64,000 bases of DNA. Source: Armatimonadota bacterium (GTDB lineage: Bacteria; Armatimonadota; Fimbriimonadia; Fimbriimonadales; GBS-DC). Below the pieces are notes generated by a model. The model saw only the letters and a list, made by a program, of their open reading frames with translations. It was not told the DNA's origin and did not search any database. Each line of letters starts with the position of its first letter. The stretch's first letter is position 1. The DNA is taken from contig JBBIML010000009.1 of the NCBI GenBank assembly GCA_037444405.1, forward strand, positions 128,001 to 192,000, read 5' to 3'. Shown in pieces: positions 1-9,899 of the stretch. Both the position numbers and the translations under genes were made by a program.

Positions 1-3000
1 TCGTTGCAGGAAGCGGTTGCGGAAGGGCAGCCGATAGAAGAGGCGCACCTCATATTGCGGGTTGGCGAGCGTCAGGCTGCGCCGATAGCTGATGCCGAAG
101 CCGTTGAACAGCTCTTTGACCAGATAGAGGGTGGCGGGCGCGACGCCCGTGTAGTCCAGCGCGAACTGTTCCAGCCCCAGCGCTTCGGCGACCTCTGTCT
201 CGAACGGGTAGAACAGACCGGGCAGCACCTGCCCGGTGAGCATCTCACTGAGTTGCTGGCGGAAGATTTGAGCGGGATCGCCCCCGCGCGCGAGCGATTC
301 GAGCGCGGCGCCGCGCCCCAGCAGGCTCAAAATGCGCTGTTCCGAAAGACCCGGCGGGTCGGAACGCGCCACCATCTGGAACCGTTCCGGATCGTCCAGC
401 GGTCCGCGGATGTCCAGCTCCACGCGGTAGCGTTGCGGGTCGCCCGTATAGTCCAGTGCGACGACGGTGGTGGTCGCTCGCACATCCAGATCGAGGCGGG
501 CAATCGCTTCGCCAAGAGGCGCGGTGTGCGGATAGGTCAGCATGATGACGCCTTCAGGTTCGAGGCGCAGGCGGGCGGTGGGCAGCTTGAGCGAGCCGCC
601 CAGCAGGCTGAAGGCGCCGCTCGCGCGCGGCTCGCGCACCGTGCCCGCTATCTGCAGGGAACCCTCCATGCGCGCGTCCAGGTTCGGGTTGCGCAGGGTG
701 AAGCTGCGCGCGATCGCGACTTGCACATCCAGGTCAGGGTTCAGCGGTGGTGCGAAGCCGCCAGGCGCGACCTGCAGCTCGGCAGGCAGGCTCAAGAAGC
801 CGTCCCGCACCTGCAGGCGTGCAGCGAGCTGCGGCTGTTTGAGTGTGCCCCGTAGCGTCGCGCTGCCGTCGATTCGCCCGAACGCGCTGCCGCCGATGGG
901 TAGGCGCGGCTCGTTGATGGTGAAGCCGTTCAGCGTGCCCGTCAATGCCAATCTTGGCTCCTCCCGCGCCACATCGACCTCGCCTTCGAGCTGAACCGTC
1001 CCGCCAGCGGAGGAGCGCGCCTGCGCCTGCACAATCCGCGCCCGCTGACCATCAAACTCCACCTGCAGACCCAGCTCCTGAAGGTAGGTGCTGTACGATT
1101 CGAGGGCGAGGCTGCCGCCCGTGACGCTCAGCTCCCCGCGCGGTTGAAGCGTGTCCAGCGTGCCGCCAATCTCCAGACGCGCGTTCAGCACGCCCTGCGT
1201 GCGCTCGGCGTCCACAGGCAGCGTTAGTTCCAGAATGCGCAACGGCTGCTCGTTCAGCGCGAGCTGAACCGAGAGCGGCTCGTCGCGCGGGATGCGCACC
1301 GGCGACCAGTGGAACGGCAGCCGCCCCGATAGCCGCGCCCGATAGCTCCGTATCTGGATCAGCGCGTCATCGGTTTCAATCGCGCCCTCGCGCACATCGA
1401 TTCGGCTGAACAGCAGCTGATCGATGGTCAGCTCGGGTGGAGCGGGCTGATCTGGCTCGCCCGACGGCTCTGCTGCAGGCGCGGGCAGGGGGATGGTCAG
1501 GTTCTGCACCGTTGCGCTGAGGGTCAGATTCGGCTGGTCGGGGTCGCCAGTCGCCTGTGCGGTGAGGTCGAGGTTGCCCCTGATGGCGGGCAGGCTCGGC
1601 TCCCACAGGCGCGCCCATTCCAGCGGGAACTGAGTGAGCTCCATCTCGGCGTTCAGCGCGTCTTCACGCAGGGTGCCCTGCGCTTTGAGTCGTGCCGATT
1701 CCGCTTGCCAGCTCACCTGCAGGCTCAGCTGCTCCGGGTTCCATTCGCCCTGCGCCTGTAGTTCACCCAGCGCCTGCCCGTTCCAGGCTAACTGCACGGC
1801 ACGCCCATCAAAGGCGAGCTGGGGCTGTTCCGTCGAGCCAGCGAGCTGCCAGCGCACGCTGAGCCGCCCATCGAGCGTGTCGGCGCGTTCCACAAGTTCG
1901 GGTGGCAGTTCCACTGGCAGCGCGAGCGCGAGCCGATAGAGATATGGGAGCGGGATCGCATCGAGCGTGCCCTGCGCGGCGAGCGCCTTATCGCCTGTTT
2001 GGTAGCGCAGGCTCTCTATCTGAACGCTGCCGTCGGGCGCATCGAGCGTCGCCTGCAGGCTCAGCGTGCCGTCGGTGCGCCCGCCTTCAGGGCTGGGCGT
2101 CCAGCGGGCGGTGCCAGTGGCGTTGCCGAGCGCGACCCTGTTCAGCATGAGGTCGCTCAGCTGATAGCGCATGTCGGCTTGCGGCGCGTCGAGCGTGCCC
2201 TGCACTTGACCGGAGGCGTTCAGCACGCCCTGCAGCCGATAATCGGGCGGCAGATAGGGCGCAAACACGGACAGCGGCACCGCCTGCGCACTCCAGTCGG
2301 CATCCACACGCGTGCTCTTTGAATCGGCTATCAGCTGCACCTGTCCCGACACGATACCACCCTGCAGTTGAACCTGCGCTGTGTCCAGTCGCACGATGGT
2401 CTGATCGGCGTCGCGCTCGATGCGGAACTGCGCTGCGGCGCGATCGGTGGCAATCTGGTCGATCTGGGTTCGCTCCGCGTTCAGGTCGCCCGTGAGCGTG
2501 AACTTTTCGGGCGTGCCGTCGAGCGCGAAGGAGAGGTTCGCCAGCCCGCCGATACGGATGGGCGTCTCACCCCACTCGGTGAGCGCGGTTAGGTCAAAAT
2601 CGGTGAGGCGCCCCTGCGCGTGGAACCGAACGGCACCCCGCTCCCCTGCGGGGGGCAGCTCGATATCGCCGCTTGCCTGCGCGACGGCGGTGCGCCGATA
2701 AATCACAATCTCTGGCAGCCTGATGCGGCGCTCGCGGAAGGTGAATCGGGACGCGATCAGCTCCATGCCGATGTCGCCCAGTCGCCCGTCGAACACGGTC
2801 GCCTGCGCCTCCAGCACAGGCTGGCTCAGCGTGCCGTTGAGCGTGCCGCGCAGATAGGCGATGCCGTCCAGCCGAAGCACCCTGCGCGGTTGCGAGCTGT
2901 CCGAAGGCTCCCAGTAGCCCAGCACGCCCTCCTGGTAGCCGAACAGGCTGGCGAGTCGGTTCAAATCCAGCTCGTCCACCGCAAGGCGCAGGTTCAGGCG

Positions 3001-4626
3001 TGTCTGATCAGGGCGCGGAAGGCGGCTCCCATGCCATTCCAGCCTCCCCGCCGCCTGCACCGAGCCTATCGCGCCCTGCAACAGCGCAACAGGAATCTCG
3101 ATGCGGTTGCTCTCATAGTGCAGGCGGGCACGCAATCCACCCAGCCGAACGCCGTTCTGCTGGAGCGTATCGCTGAAAATGTTGGCGACCAGACGCGGCT
3201 TCGGCAGCGTGCCCTCGCCCAGCAGTTGCAGCGTGGCAACGCCACCGAGCTTCTGCCGATTCAGCGCGGGTATCTGCTGGAGCTGGACATCGCGGGCGGT
3301 CGCGGTCAGCATAAAGCGGACCGGGCGCATGGTGAGGTCGACCAGCGCGTTCGCGTGCAGCCGTCCACCTGCGAAGCTCGCCGTGCCATCCGCAAGGCGC
3401 AGTTGCCCGCCTGACAGCAGCAGCGGCACGCGCACCGCCTGCAGAGTTCCTTCGGGCGTCTGCAGGCTCGCCAGCTCAGCGAGGGCGACGGCGTTCGTGT
3501 TAATCAGCAGGTCAAGCCATGCAGGGACGCGAGAGCCGCGCCCCTGCCGAATGACTTTGCGCGGTTGCCAGCGCCCCGATGCCTGTATCTGCAGCGCATA
3601 CCGCCCCGCCATGCGAAGGCTCTGTGTGAGTTGCTCGCGCCCTTCAGCGGGCAGGTATTGCCCCAGCAGCCGGGCGTCGTCACCCTGCGCCGTCAGCATC
3701 AGCCTGTAGCGCCACGCCTGCGCGAGCCGTTCCAGCACGCCCGACGCCATCAGCCGACGGTCAGGGCTGTGCAGGTGCGCGTCCAGCGCCGATTCGGTGA
3801 ACTGCGCTGAAAACTGCAGCTGATGCCACGGCAGCGCGTGCCCTTCATAGCGCACGCCCTGCAGGTGTCCCTGCGCCATGCCCATCACGCGCAACGGCTG
3901 GCGCGGCGCATAGAGCAGGCTCGCCTGCACGCGCGCCTCGCCCGATTGCATCTGGATGGATGTCCCCGACAGATAGGGCCGCAGGAACGACCAGAGCAGG
4001 CGGTCCGTGCTTATGTCCAGCCGCCATCGCTCGCCGTCGGAGAGCGCGTGCAGTTGCCATCGTCCGACGCCGAACGCCTCGCCCGCCGCGTGAACCGCCA
4101 CCGAACCGCCCGGCTGACGCAGATGCACCTGTTGAAGGCGGAAATCGGTCGCCACGCGCGGGCGCACGAACGCATCGCGCAACTCCACCACGCCGCCTGT
4201 GCTAACGAGCTCAATCGGAATCTGGGCCGTGGGTCGACGGGGCGCACCGCGCAGCAACGCCCCCACATTCCAGCGCCCCTGCGCGTCGCGCAAGAGTTGC
4301 ACGCGCGGACGCTCCAGATGCACGCGCAGACCGCTCTGAACGGGGGATAGGGGGGATGTCGGACGCAACTCCAGATAGCGAGCCTGACCGATGGGAGTGC
4401 CGTCAGGAAGGCTGACAGCGAGATTCCACGCCTGCACGCGCCTCCAGCCGAGTCGCACACGCTCAATCTGAACATCCAGCTCGGCTTGCTCGCGCAGATA
4501 GTCACGCAGAGCGGCAGGCAACAGCCCTTCAGCGGTCAGACGCACCCGCACCCAGTAGAACCCGCCCACCAGCAACAGCAGGCACGCGGGTAGCAGCACC
4601 AGCGTGCCCTGAATCAGTCGCCACAC
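1..4626 (-). CDS. tamB: TamB/AsmA-like translocation-and-assembly protein (DUF490-type C-terminus), 3' end runs off the window
   Basis: Not in the ORF track because no stop lies inside the window. Manual translation from GTG at 4626 gives an N-terminal TM anchor (MWRLIQGTLVLLPACLLLLVGGFYW) and an AsmA-like LERPRVQLLRDAQGRWNV. The same frame at the window edge reads ...GFGISYRRSLTLANPQYEVRLFYRLPF. At least 1542 codons; the interior was only spot-checked for stops. Confidence 0.8.
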   Translation of the reverse strand, partial: MWRLIQGTLVLLPACLLLLVGGFYWVRVRLTAEGLLPAALRDYLREQAELDVQIERVRLGWRRVQAWNLAVSLPDGTPIGQARYLELRPTSPLSPVQSGLRVHLERPRVQLLRDAQGRWNVGALLRGAPRRPTAQIPIELVSTGGVVELRDAFVRPRVATDFRLQQVHLRQPGGSVAVHAAGEAFGVGRWQLHALSDGERWRLDISTDRLLWSFLRPYLSGTSIQMQSGEARVQASLLYAPRQPLRVMGMAQGHLQGVRYEGHALPWHQLQFSAQFTESALDAHLHSPDRRLMASGVLERLAQAWRYRLMLTAQGDDARLLGQYLPAEGREQLTQSLRMAGRYALQIQASGRWQPRKVIRQGRGSRVPAWLDLLINTNAVALAELASLQTPEGTLQAVRVPLLLSGGQLRLADGTASFAGGRLHANALVDLTMRPVRFMLTATARDVQLQQIPALNRQKLGGVATLQLLGEGTLPKPRLVANIFSDTLQQNGVRLGGLRARLHYESNRIEIPVALLQGAIGSVQAAGRLEWHGSRLPRPDQTRLNLRLAVDELDLNRLASLFGYQEGVLGYWEPSDSSQPRRVLRLDGIAYLRGTLNGTLSQPVLEAQATVFDGRLGDIGMELIASRFTFRERRIRLPEIVIYRRTAVAQASGDIELPPAGERGAVRFHAQGRLTDFDLTALTEWGETPIRIGGLANLSFALDGTPEKFTLTGDLNAERTQIDQIATDRAAAQFRIERDADQTIVRLDTAQVQLQGGIVSGQVQLIADSKSTRVDADWSAQAVPLSVFAPYLPPDYRLQGVLNASGQVQGTLDAPQADMRYQLSDLMLNRVALGNATGTARWTPSPEGGRTDGTLSLQATLDAPDGSVQIESLRYQTGDKALAAQGTLDAIPLPYLYRLALALPVELPPELVERADTLDGRLSVRWQLAGSTEQPQLAFDGRAVQLAWNGQALGELQAQGEWNPEQLSLQVSWQAESARLKAQGTLREDALNAEMELTQFPLEWARLWEPSLPAIRGNLDLTAQATGDPDQPNLTLSATVQNLTIPLPAPAAEPSGEPDQPAPPELTIDQLLFSRIDVREGAIETDDALIQIRSYRARLSGRLPFHWSPVRIPRDEPLSVQLALNEQPLRILELTLPVDAERTQGVLNARLEIGGTLDTLQPRGELSVTGGSLALESYSTYLQELGLQVEFDGQRARIVQAQARSSAGGTVQLEGEVDVAREEPRLALTGTLNGFTINEPRLPIGGSAFGRIDGSATLRGTLKQPQLAARLQVRDGFLSLPAELQVAPGGFAPPLNPDLDVQVAIARSFTLRNPNLDARMEGSLQIAGTVREPRASGAFSLLGGSLKLPTARLRLEPEGVIMLTYPHTAPLGEAIARLDLDVRATTTVVALDYTGDPQRYRVELDIRGPLDDPERFQMVARSDPPGLSEQRILSLLGRGAALESLARGGDPAQIFRQQLSEMLTGQVLPGLFYPFETEVAEALGLEQFALDYTGVAPATLYLVKELFNGFGISYRRSLTLANPQYEVRLFYRLPFRNRFLQR

Positions 4627-4633
4627 CGAAAAC

Positions 4634-5545
4634 CTAACTCTCCACCGCACCGACCTTCGCCAACCGTTCCGCCATCACACGCTTCGAGAACTCAATCGCG
4701 TTGTACGAACTGCGGATAAAGGGTCCCGACGCCACAAACAAAAAGCCCATCTGCTCGCCAATCTGTTGATACTCTTTGAACACATCGGGATGGATGTATT
4801 CCTGCACGGGCAGGTGGCGGGCGGTGGGGCGCAGGTACTGCCCGATGGTCAGCGCGTCCACGCCCACGCTCCGCAAATCGCGCATCACCTGAATGACTTC
4901 CTCCTGCGTTTCGCCCAGCCCCAGCATCAGCCCCGACTTGGTATAGATGGTCGGCTCCATCTCTTTGACCATCTCCAGCACGCGCAGGGAGCGCTCATAA
5001 CGCGCCTGTGGACGCACAATCGCGTGCAGGCGCGGCACCGTCTCCACATTATGATTGAAAATCTCGGGTTGGGCGTCCACCACGCGCCGTACGCACCACG
5101 CTTTGCCCTTGAAGTCGGGCGTCAGCACCTCCACGATGGCGTGCGGGATGGTCTCGTGCAGGGCGCGGATGGTGGCAGCGAACTGACCCGCGCCGCCATC
5201 AGGCAGATCGTCCCGCGCGACCGATGTCACCACGATATGTTTCAGCCCCATGCGGCGGGCTGCCTGCGCCAGGCGCATCGGCTCCTGCGGGTCCAGCTCC
5301 AGCGGGCGACCGGTCTTGATGGCGCAGAACCCGCACGAGCGCGTGCACACATCGCCCAGAATCATGAAAGTCGCCGAGCCTTTCGACCAGCATTCGGGCA
5401 GGTTCGGGCAGCGCGCACTCTCGCACACCGTGTGCAGGCGCGCGGCGCGCATCATCGCCTCCACCTGCTGAATCTTGTCGGGCTTCGGCAATCGGATGGT
5501 GAGCCACTCTGGCAGCCGCCGATTGGTCATCGTAATATCCGCCAT
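4634..5545 (-). CDS. lipA: Lipoyl synthase
   Basis: CESARCPNLPEC and CTRSCGFC motifs, C-terminal RSSY. Start moved to ATG 5545 with GGGAG RBS. Confidence 0.97.
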   Translation of the reverse strand: MADITMTNRRLPEWLTIRLPKPDKIQQVEAMMRAARLHTVCESARCPNLPECWSKGSATFMILGDVCTRSCGFCAIKTGRPLELDPQEPMRLAQAARRMGLKHIVVTSVARDDLPDGGAGQFAATIRALHETIPHAIVEVLTPDFKGKAWCVRRVVDAQPEIFNHNVETVPRLHAIVRPQARYERSLRVLEMVKEMEPTIYTKSGLMLGLGETQEEVIQVMRDLRSVGVDALTIGQYLRPTARHLPVQEYIHPDVFKEYQQIGEQMGFLFVASGPFIRSSYNAIEFSKRVMAERLAKVGAVES

Positions 5546-5565
5546 CGTTTGTCTCCCAATCGGGA

Positions 5566-6279
5566 TTATACCCCCGCCGCGCGAATGAAGGCTTCGAACA
5601 GCGCGTGCGTGGCAGGCGAATCGGGGTCGCGTTCGGGATGCCACTGCACGCCGATGAAGAAGGGCAACGACGCATCCTCGACGGCTTCGATCACACCATC
5701 AGGCGAGCAGGCGACCACGCGCAGCCCGCGCCCGACCGTTTTGACCGCCTGATGGTGCGCGCTCACAATCTCGAACTGCTCCTGTCCAATCAGCTCATGG
5801 AGGCGCGAGTTGCGCTCCAGCTGCACAAAGTGGCGGGGTAGGGCTGGCTCGTCTGGCTCGCGACGGTGCTTGAGCGTTACAAATGGCAGGTCGGGCAGGT
5901 GCTGGTAGAGTGAGCCGCCGCGCCACACATTCAGCAGTTGCGCCCCGTAGCAGATGCCCAGAATTGGCTTACGCCGCTGTTCGAACGCCCGCACCAGCGC
6001 CCACTCCGTCTCGAAGCGGGGGCGCGCCACGATTCGCACCGTCGGATGCGGCTCCTCACCAAAAAGCTGCGGGTCGATATCCGCGCCGCCGGGGATCAGC
6101 AGCCCATCCAGCTGGTCTGCCAGCGCATCGGCGTCTGCCCCGGTCGGTATCAGCACGGGCACGCCACCAGCAACGCTGACCGCCCGCGCGTAGGCGTCAT
6201 CCATCTGCAGCTCCCCAAAGCCGTCCTCTTCAGCACGCCAGTTGCAGCTGATGCCAATCAGCGGTTTGCGCACACGCAT
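5566..6279 (-). CDS. Gamma-glutamyl-GABA hydrolase family (peptidase C26, class I glutamine amidotransferase-like)
   Basis: LDGLLIPGGADIDP, LGICYGAQLLNV, HHQAV and GVQWHPE motifs. Confidence 0.92.
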   Translation of the reverse strand: MRVRKPLIGISCNWRAEEDGFGELQMDDAYARAVSVAGGVPVLIPTGADADALADQLDGLLIPGGADIDPQLFGEEPHPTVRIVARPRFETEWALVRAFEQRRKPILGICYGAQLLNVWRGGSLYQHLPDLPFVTLKHRREPDEPALPRHFVQLERNSRLHELIGQEQFEIVSAHHQAVKTVGRGLRVVACSPDGVIEAVEDASLPFFIGVQWHPERDPDSPATHALFEAFIRAAGV

Positions 6280-6318
6280 CGCTCTTCAGCAAAAGCATAC
6301 CTGACGGCGCAGACAAAG

Positions 6319-7401
6319 CTACGGCGATTTTTGCGTGTAGGGAGCGCAGAGCGGGTCGCCCACCACCACATCTTTCCACTGCAAAAAGGGCGACGCCGAC
6401 CAGAAACTCTCCGCCAGATTGCGCCCGCGCGTGTAGTGGTCAAATAGCAGGTGCGCCCGACAGAGTGCGACGGCATACGGCTCCGACACATAGCCCTTCA
6501 CGCCCGTCACGCCCTGCGCAATTAAATCCGCGATCAGCGATTGACCGCCCTGCGTGTAGTTGAAAGTGCGCGCGCTCGTCGAAACGGCGGTCTCCGCAAT
6601 TGCGCCCGGACGAAAACGCAAGCTGCGATAGCTGAGCGCATTAAAACTGCCGTCGTTGCTGCCCCACGAGTAGTAGCCCATGATGTCGCTGATTGCACCC
6701 ACAAACTCGTTGCGCTCGTCCAGAATCACCTCAAACCCACGCTTTTTGAGCCGCTCGGCTGCCTGACGCATGCTATCGTTAATCATTTTGTAGCCGCCCT
6801 TGTCGCGGCGCGGGTCGATATCCAGCACGAAGACGCCCTTCGCAGGCTTCGCCTTCAAACTGTTATCCACCAGCGCTTTGATGTGCGCGACCAGATAGCC
6901 GTCCAGGCGAGTTGCCAGATAGTAGCCGAATCGGCGGCGGCTGAACGGCTGCGCCACGCCAAAATAGGGGTTCTGATGGATGCGCCCCTGCTCGCGCAGG
7001 AAGGGCAACTTGAGTGGCGCACACATCAGCGCCGAATCGACCGAGAAGCCCCCCTCGCGAATGCGTATCGGCACGCCTTTGGTCAGCACCAGAAAGTCGA
7101 CCTTCAGCTCCAGATTGTGCTTCTGCAGGTGGTCATACACGGGCTTCTCGATGGTGTCGCGATAGTCGGTGAGCGAGACCTCCTCGCGCGGGATACAGTC
7201 GATGAGACACAGATGGGTGGCGGGCAGCCCGCGCTTCTGCGCGTAATACTGGGCGATGCTGACCGAGTCGGGGCTGCGCCGCGTCGCTATCACCACCACA
7301 TTCGTCGCCTTGCTCGCTGGGGATAGGGGTGCGGGAACCGCGCCCTTACCCGCTCTCACCATCGCATTCGTCACCCTGTTTGCATTCTGTGCCATCTTCA
7401 T
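6319..7401 (-). CDS. TIGR03790-family protein
   Basis: SVSIAQYYAQKRGLP, LVLTKGVP, ATRLDG, YYSWGSND, GAIAETAVSTSARTF, GVTGVKGYVSEPY, VVGDPL. Confidence 0.8.
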   Translation of the reverse strand: MKMAQNANRVTNAMVRAGKGAVPAPLSPASKATNVVVIATRRSPDSVSIAQYYAQKRGLPATHLCLIDCIPREEVSLTDYRDTIEKPVYDHLQKHNLELKVDFLVLTKGVPIRIREGGFSVDSALMCAPLKLPFLREQGRIHQNPYFGVAQPFSRRRFGYYLATRLDGYLVAHIKALVDNSLKAKPAKGVFVLDIDPRRDKGGYKMINDSMRQAAERLKKRGFEVILDERNEFVGAISDIMGYYSWGSNDGSFNALSYRSLRFRPGAIAETAVSTSARTFNYTQGGQSLIADLIAQGVTGVKGYVSEPYAVALCRAHLLFDHYTRGRNLAESFWSASPFLQWKDVVVGDPLCAPYTQKSP

Positions 7402-8288
7402 TCCTCTCCCGAAGTGAGCAGACCCTCAATAAAGGCGTCGGGGTCAAATGGCTGGATATGCTCCGCTTTTTCGCCTGTGCCGACGAGTTTGATGGGGATG
7501 CCAAGTTGCTGGCGGATGGTCAGCACCGCGCCGCCGCGACTGGTGCTGTCCAGTTTGGCAAGGATGATGCCGGTGATGGGCAGGGCACGGGCGAACTCCT
7601 CCGCCTGACGAATGGCGTTCTGACCCGCGACGGCGTCGATCACCAGCAGCACTTCGTCCGCCGGTCGCCCCAGCGCCTTTTCCGACACGCGATAAATCTT
7701 TTTCAGCTCCTCCATCAGGCGCGCGTGGGTATGCTGGCGTCCCGCGGTGTCTGCCAGCACGAAGTCGATGCCGCGCGCGCGGGCTGCCTGAATCGCGTCG
7801 AACACGACGGCGGACGGGTCTGCGCCTTCACGATGCTTGACGATATCGGCGCCGAGCCGCTCCGCCCAGATTTGTAACTGGTCAATAGCGGCGGCGCGGA
7901 AGGTGTCGCCTGCCGCCAGCAGCACGCGCTTGCCCTGGCGCTGAAGCATCGCGCCGACTTTGGCGATGGAGGTGGTCTTGCCGACACCGTTCACGCCCAC
8001 AAACAGATAGAGCGTGGGCGGTGTGAGATGTTCGCGCAACGGTTCCGGTGCGCCGAGCCACTCGCGCAGGGTGTCGCGCAGCAGCGCGCGCAGCTCGTCC
8101 AGATCGCGCAGGCGTTGCGCCCGCGCCTCCGTTCGCAACCGCTCGATCAGCTGCTCCACCGCGTACACATTCACATCGGCGGCAATCAGCGTCTCTTCCA
8201 GCTCGGCGAGCAGTTCCTCATCTACGCCGCGCCGTGTCAACGCCGCGCCCACGCGCTTCAGCCAGTCCCCGAAAATGCCCAGTCGCAT
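7398..8288 (-). CDS. ftsY: SRP receptor FtsY
   Basis: [38 protein letters not shown]. Start at ATG 8288. Confidence 0.96.
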   Translation of the reverse strand: MRLGIFGDWLKRVGAALTRRGVDEELLAELEETLIAADVNVYAVEQLIERLRTEARAQRLRDLDELRALLRDTLREWLGAPEPLREHLTPPTLYLFVGVNGVGKTTSIAKVGAMLQRQGKRVLLAAGDTFRAAAIDQLQIWAERLGADIVKHREGADPSAVVFDAIQAARARGIDFVLADTAGRQHTHARLMEELKKIYRVSEKALGRPADEVLLVIDAVAGQNAIRQAEEFARALPITGIILAKLDSTSRGGAVLTIRQQLGIPIKLVGTGEKAEHIQPFDPDAFIEGLLTSGEE

Positions 8289-8293
8289 GTTTT

Positions 8294-9073
8294 TCAGAGT
8301 GTACCTGAGCGCGTTGCCCACAGGCGAGCGGTATGCCCGCGCGTGTGCCAGCCTTCAGCGTAGTGGTGCACCTGCATGGCGGGCGGCAGCAGTGCAGGCA
8401 GCTCGTCAGGCTGAACCACGCGTTCATCGGACGCAGGTCGCCCGAAATGGTCCCGATGAACCGTCGTGAAACACTCCATCACCAGATGACCGCCTGGCTT
8501 GAGCCATTCCGCCACGCGCCGAACCAGTGGGCGGTGCAGAAAGAAACAACAAACAACCAGATCAAACGCCTGCGCGGGCTGCCAGTCAGCCTCAAGGTCC
8601 GCCTGAATCCACTGGATGGGTGGCGCGTCGGGTGCATAGCGGGCTTGCAGGTCGCGCCCGCGTTGGAGCGCGTCGGGCAGACGATCCACCGCGACCACCT
8701 GCCAGCCACGCTCAGCGAGATAGACCGCCTCACGCCCCGACCCACAGCCGAGATCGAGCGCGGCACCAACCTTTAGCAGCGGCACAACCTGCTGAAGGAA
8801 CTCGTTCGGCTCCCAGAGGCGATAGCGAGGGGGAGAGGGTACAGGTGAGGGGGCAGAATCAACCAGCCGCGCCCGCCTGCCGCGAGCGTGCAGCCAGCCC
8901 AGCGCGTGATAGGCGTCCAATCCCGTGCCAACCAGCTGCATCTCCACCCACCGCGGTGCCAACTCGTGCTGGCGGAACTCCAGCTCGTTCAGCGGGATGT
9001 GAACCACGGCGGCGTTTCCCCGACACGGGCAAGATGCCCGTGCCACACAGAGATAGCGCGTCGGTACAAGCAT
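8294..9073 (-). CDS. Class I SAM-dependent methyltransferase (TehB-like) with degenerate rhodanese-like N-terminus
   Basis: ALDLGCGSGREAVYLA, FDLVVC, LKPGG; N-terminal HIPLNELEFRQHEL. Confidence 0.8.
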   Translation of the reverse strand: MLVPTRYLCVARASCPCRGNAAVVHIPLNELEFRQHELAPRWVEMQLVGTGLDAYHALGWLHARGRRARLVDSAPSPVPSPPRYRLWEPNEFLQQVVPLLKVGAALDLGCGSGREAVYLAERGWQVVAVDRLPDALQRGRDLQARYAPDAPPIQWIQADLEADWQPAQAFDLVVCCFFLHRPLVRRVAEWLKPGGHLVMECFTTVHRDHFGRPASDERVVQPDELPALLPPAMQVHHYAEGWHTRGHTARLWATRSGTL

Positions 9074-9077
9074 CGCT

Positions 9078-9785
9078 TTATCCGATCAGGCGGGCGATGG
9101 GCGTCTCACCGCCATATACCTGCGCGCCCACGCGCGTCAGGATCTCCACCCGCCGCGTGAAAATCAACAAATCGACCTGACTGCCGCGCCCGATGAACGC
9201 CACTTTCTGACCCGCCTGCACACGCTGACCCTCCTGCACATAGGTCGTGATTTTATTGACGAACTTGTCGGCGATTTCGACCATCGCGAGGCGTAGCGTG
9301 CCATTAGTAATCAGCAGCGTCTGGCGCTCGTTCTCCAGCTGGAAGCGTTTGCCTAACAGGTCAACAGCGCGGCGCAGCCACGCCATGCGGATATACTCCC
9401 ACAAGTCGAGCATCGGCAGGTTCGCACGGGCGGGCGTGTGAATGATGCGCTCCACCGTGCCCTCAATCGGTGCATAGTTGTAATGCACATCGAGCGGACT
9501 CATATAGATACCGATGAGCCAGCCCTCATCGGCGTCGTGCCAGTCGGCGCGGGTGATCTCGCGGATGGGGATGGCGCGCCCCAGCTTTTCGGCGAACACC
9601 GCGCCCTGCACCACCGGGCGGATGTAGACCACCTTGCCGTCGCACGGTGCGAGAATGAGCGTCGGGTCAGCAGGCGGGACACGCTGCGGGTCGCGATAGA
9701 ACCAGACGCGCCGCAAAAACCAGTTCGCCCCTGCCACCACCGCTCCAGCACCAACAGCCACCTTCAACCAGTGGGGTATACTCAC
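9078..9785 (-). CDS. psd: Phosphatidylserine decarboxylase (Psd-related)
   Basis: FYRDPQR, APCDGKV, IYMSPLDVHYNYAP and the GSQVDL self-cleavage site. Confidence 0.88.
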   Translation of the reverse strand: MSIPHWLKVAVGAGAVVAGANWFLRRVWFYRDPQRVPPADPTLILAPCDGKVVYIRPVVQGAVFAEKLGRAIPIREITRADWHDADEGWLIGIYMSPLDVHYNYAPIEGTVERIIHTPARANLPMLDLWEYIRMAWLRRAVDLLGKRFQLENERQTLLITNGTLRLAMVEIADKFVNKITTYVQEGQRVQAGQKVAFIGRGSQVDLLIFTRRVEILTRVGAQVYGGETPIARLIG

Positions 9786-9899
9786 AATGTCGATTGTACC
9801 CCTGAAACCGATACAAAGATTGGTGGGAAGGGGTCAAAATATGCAGTGCTGGCGCGTGTACGCGCGCGGGCGAATGCCGACCGAGGGAGGCATGGAACA

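Noticed and set aside
4..4350. Many plus-strand ORFs in the first 4.4 kb
   Set aside because: Antisense shadows of the minus-strand TamB-like gene; no recognisable motifs.
4341..4356. G-rich GGGGGATAGGGGGG in tamB as a frameshift site or repeat element
   Set aside because: The reading frame continues correctly (PTSPLSP), and the tract is too short to assign to the repeat family.
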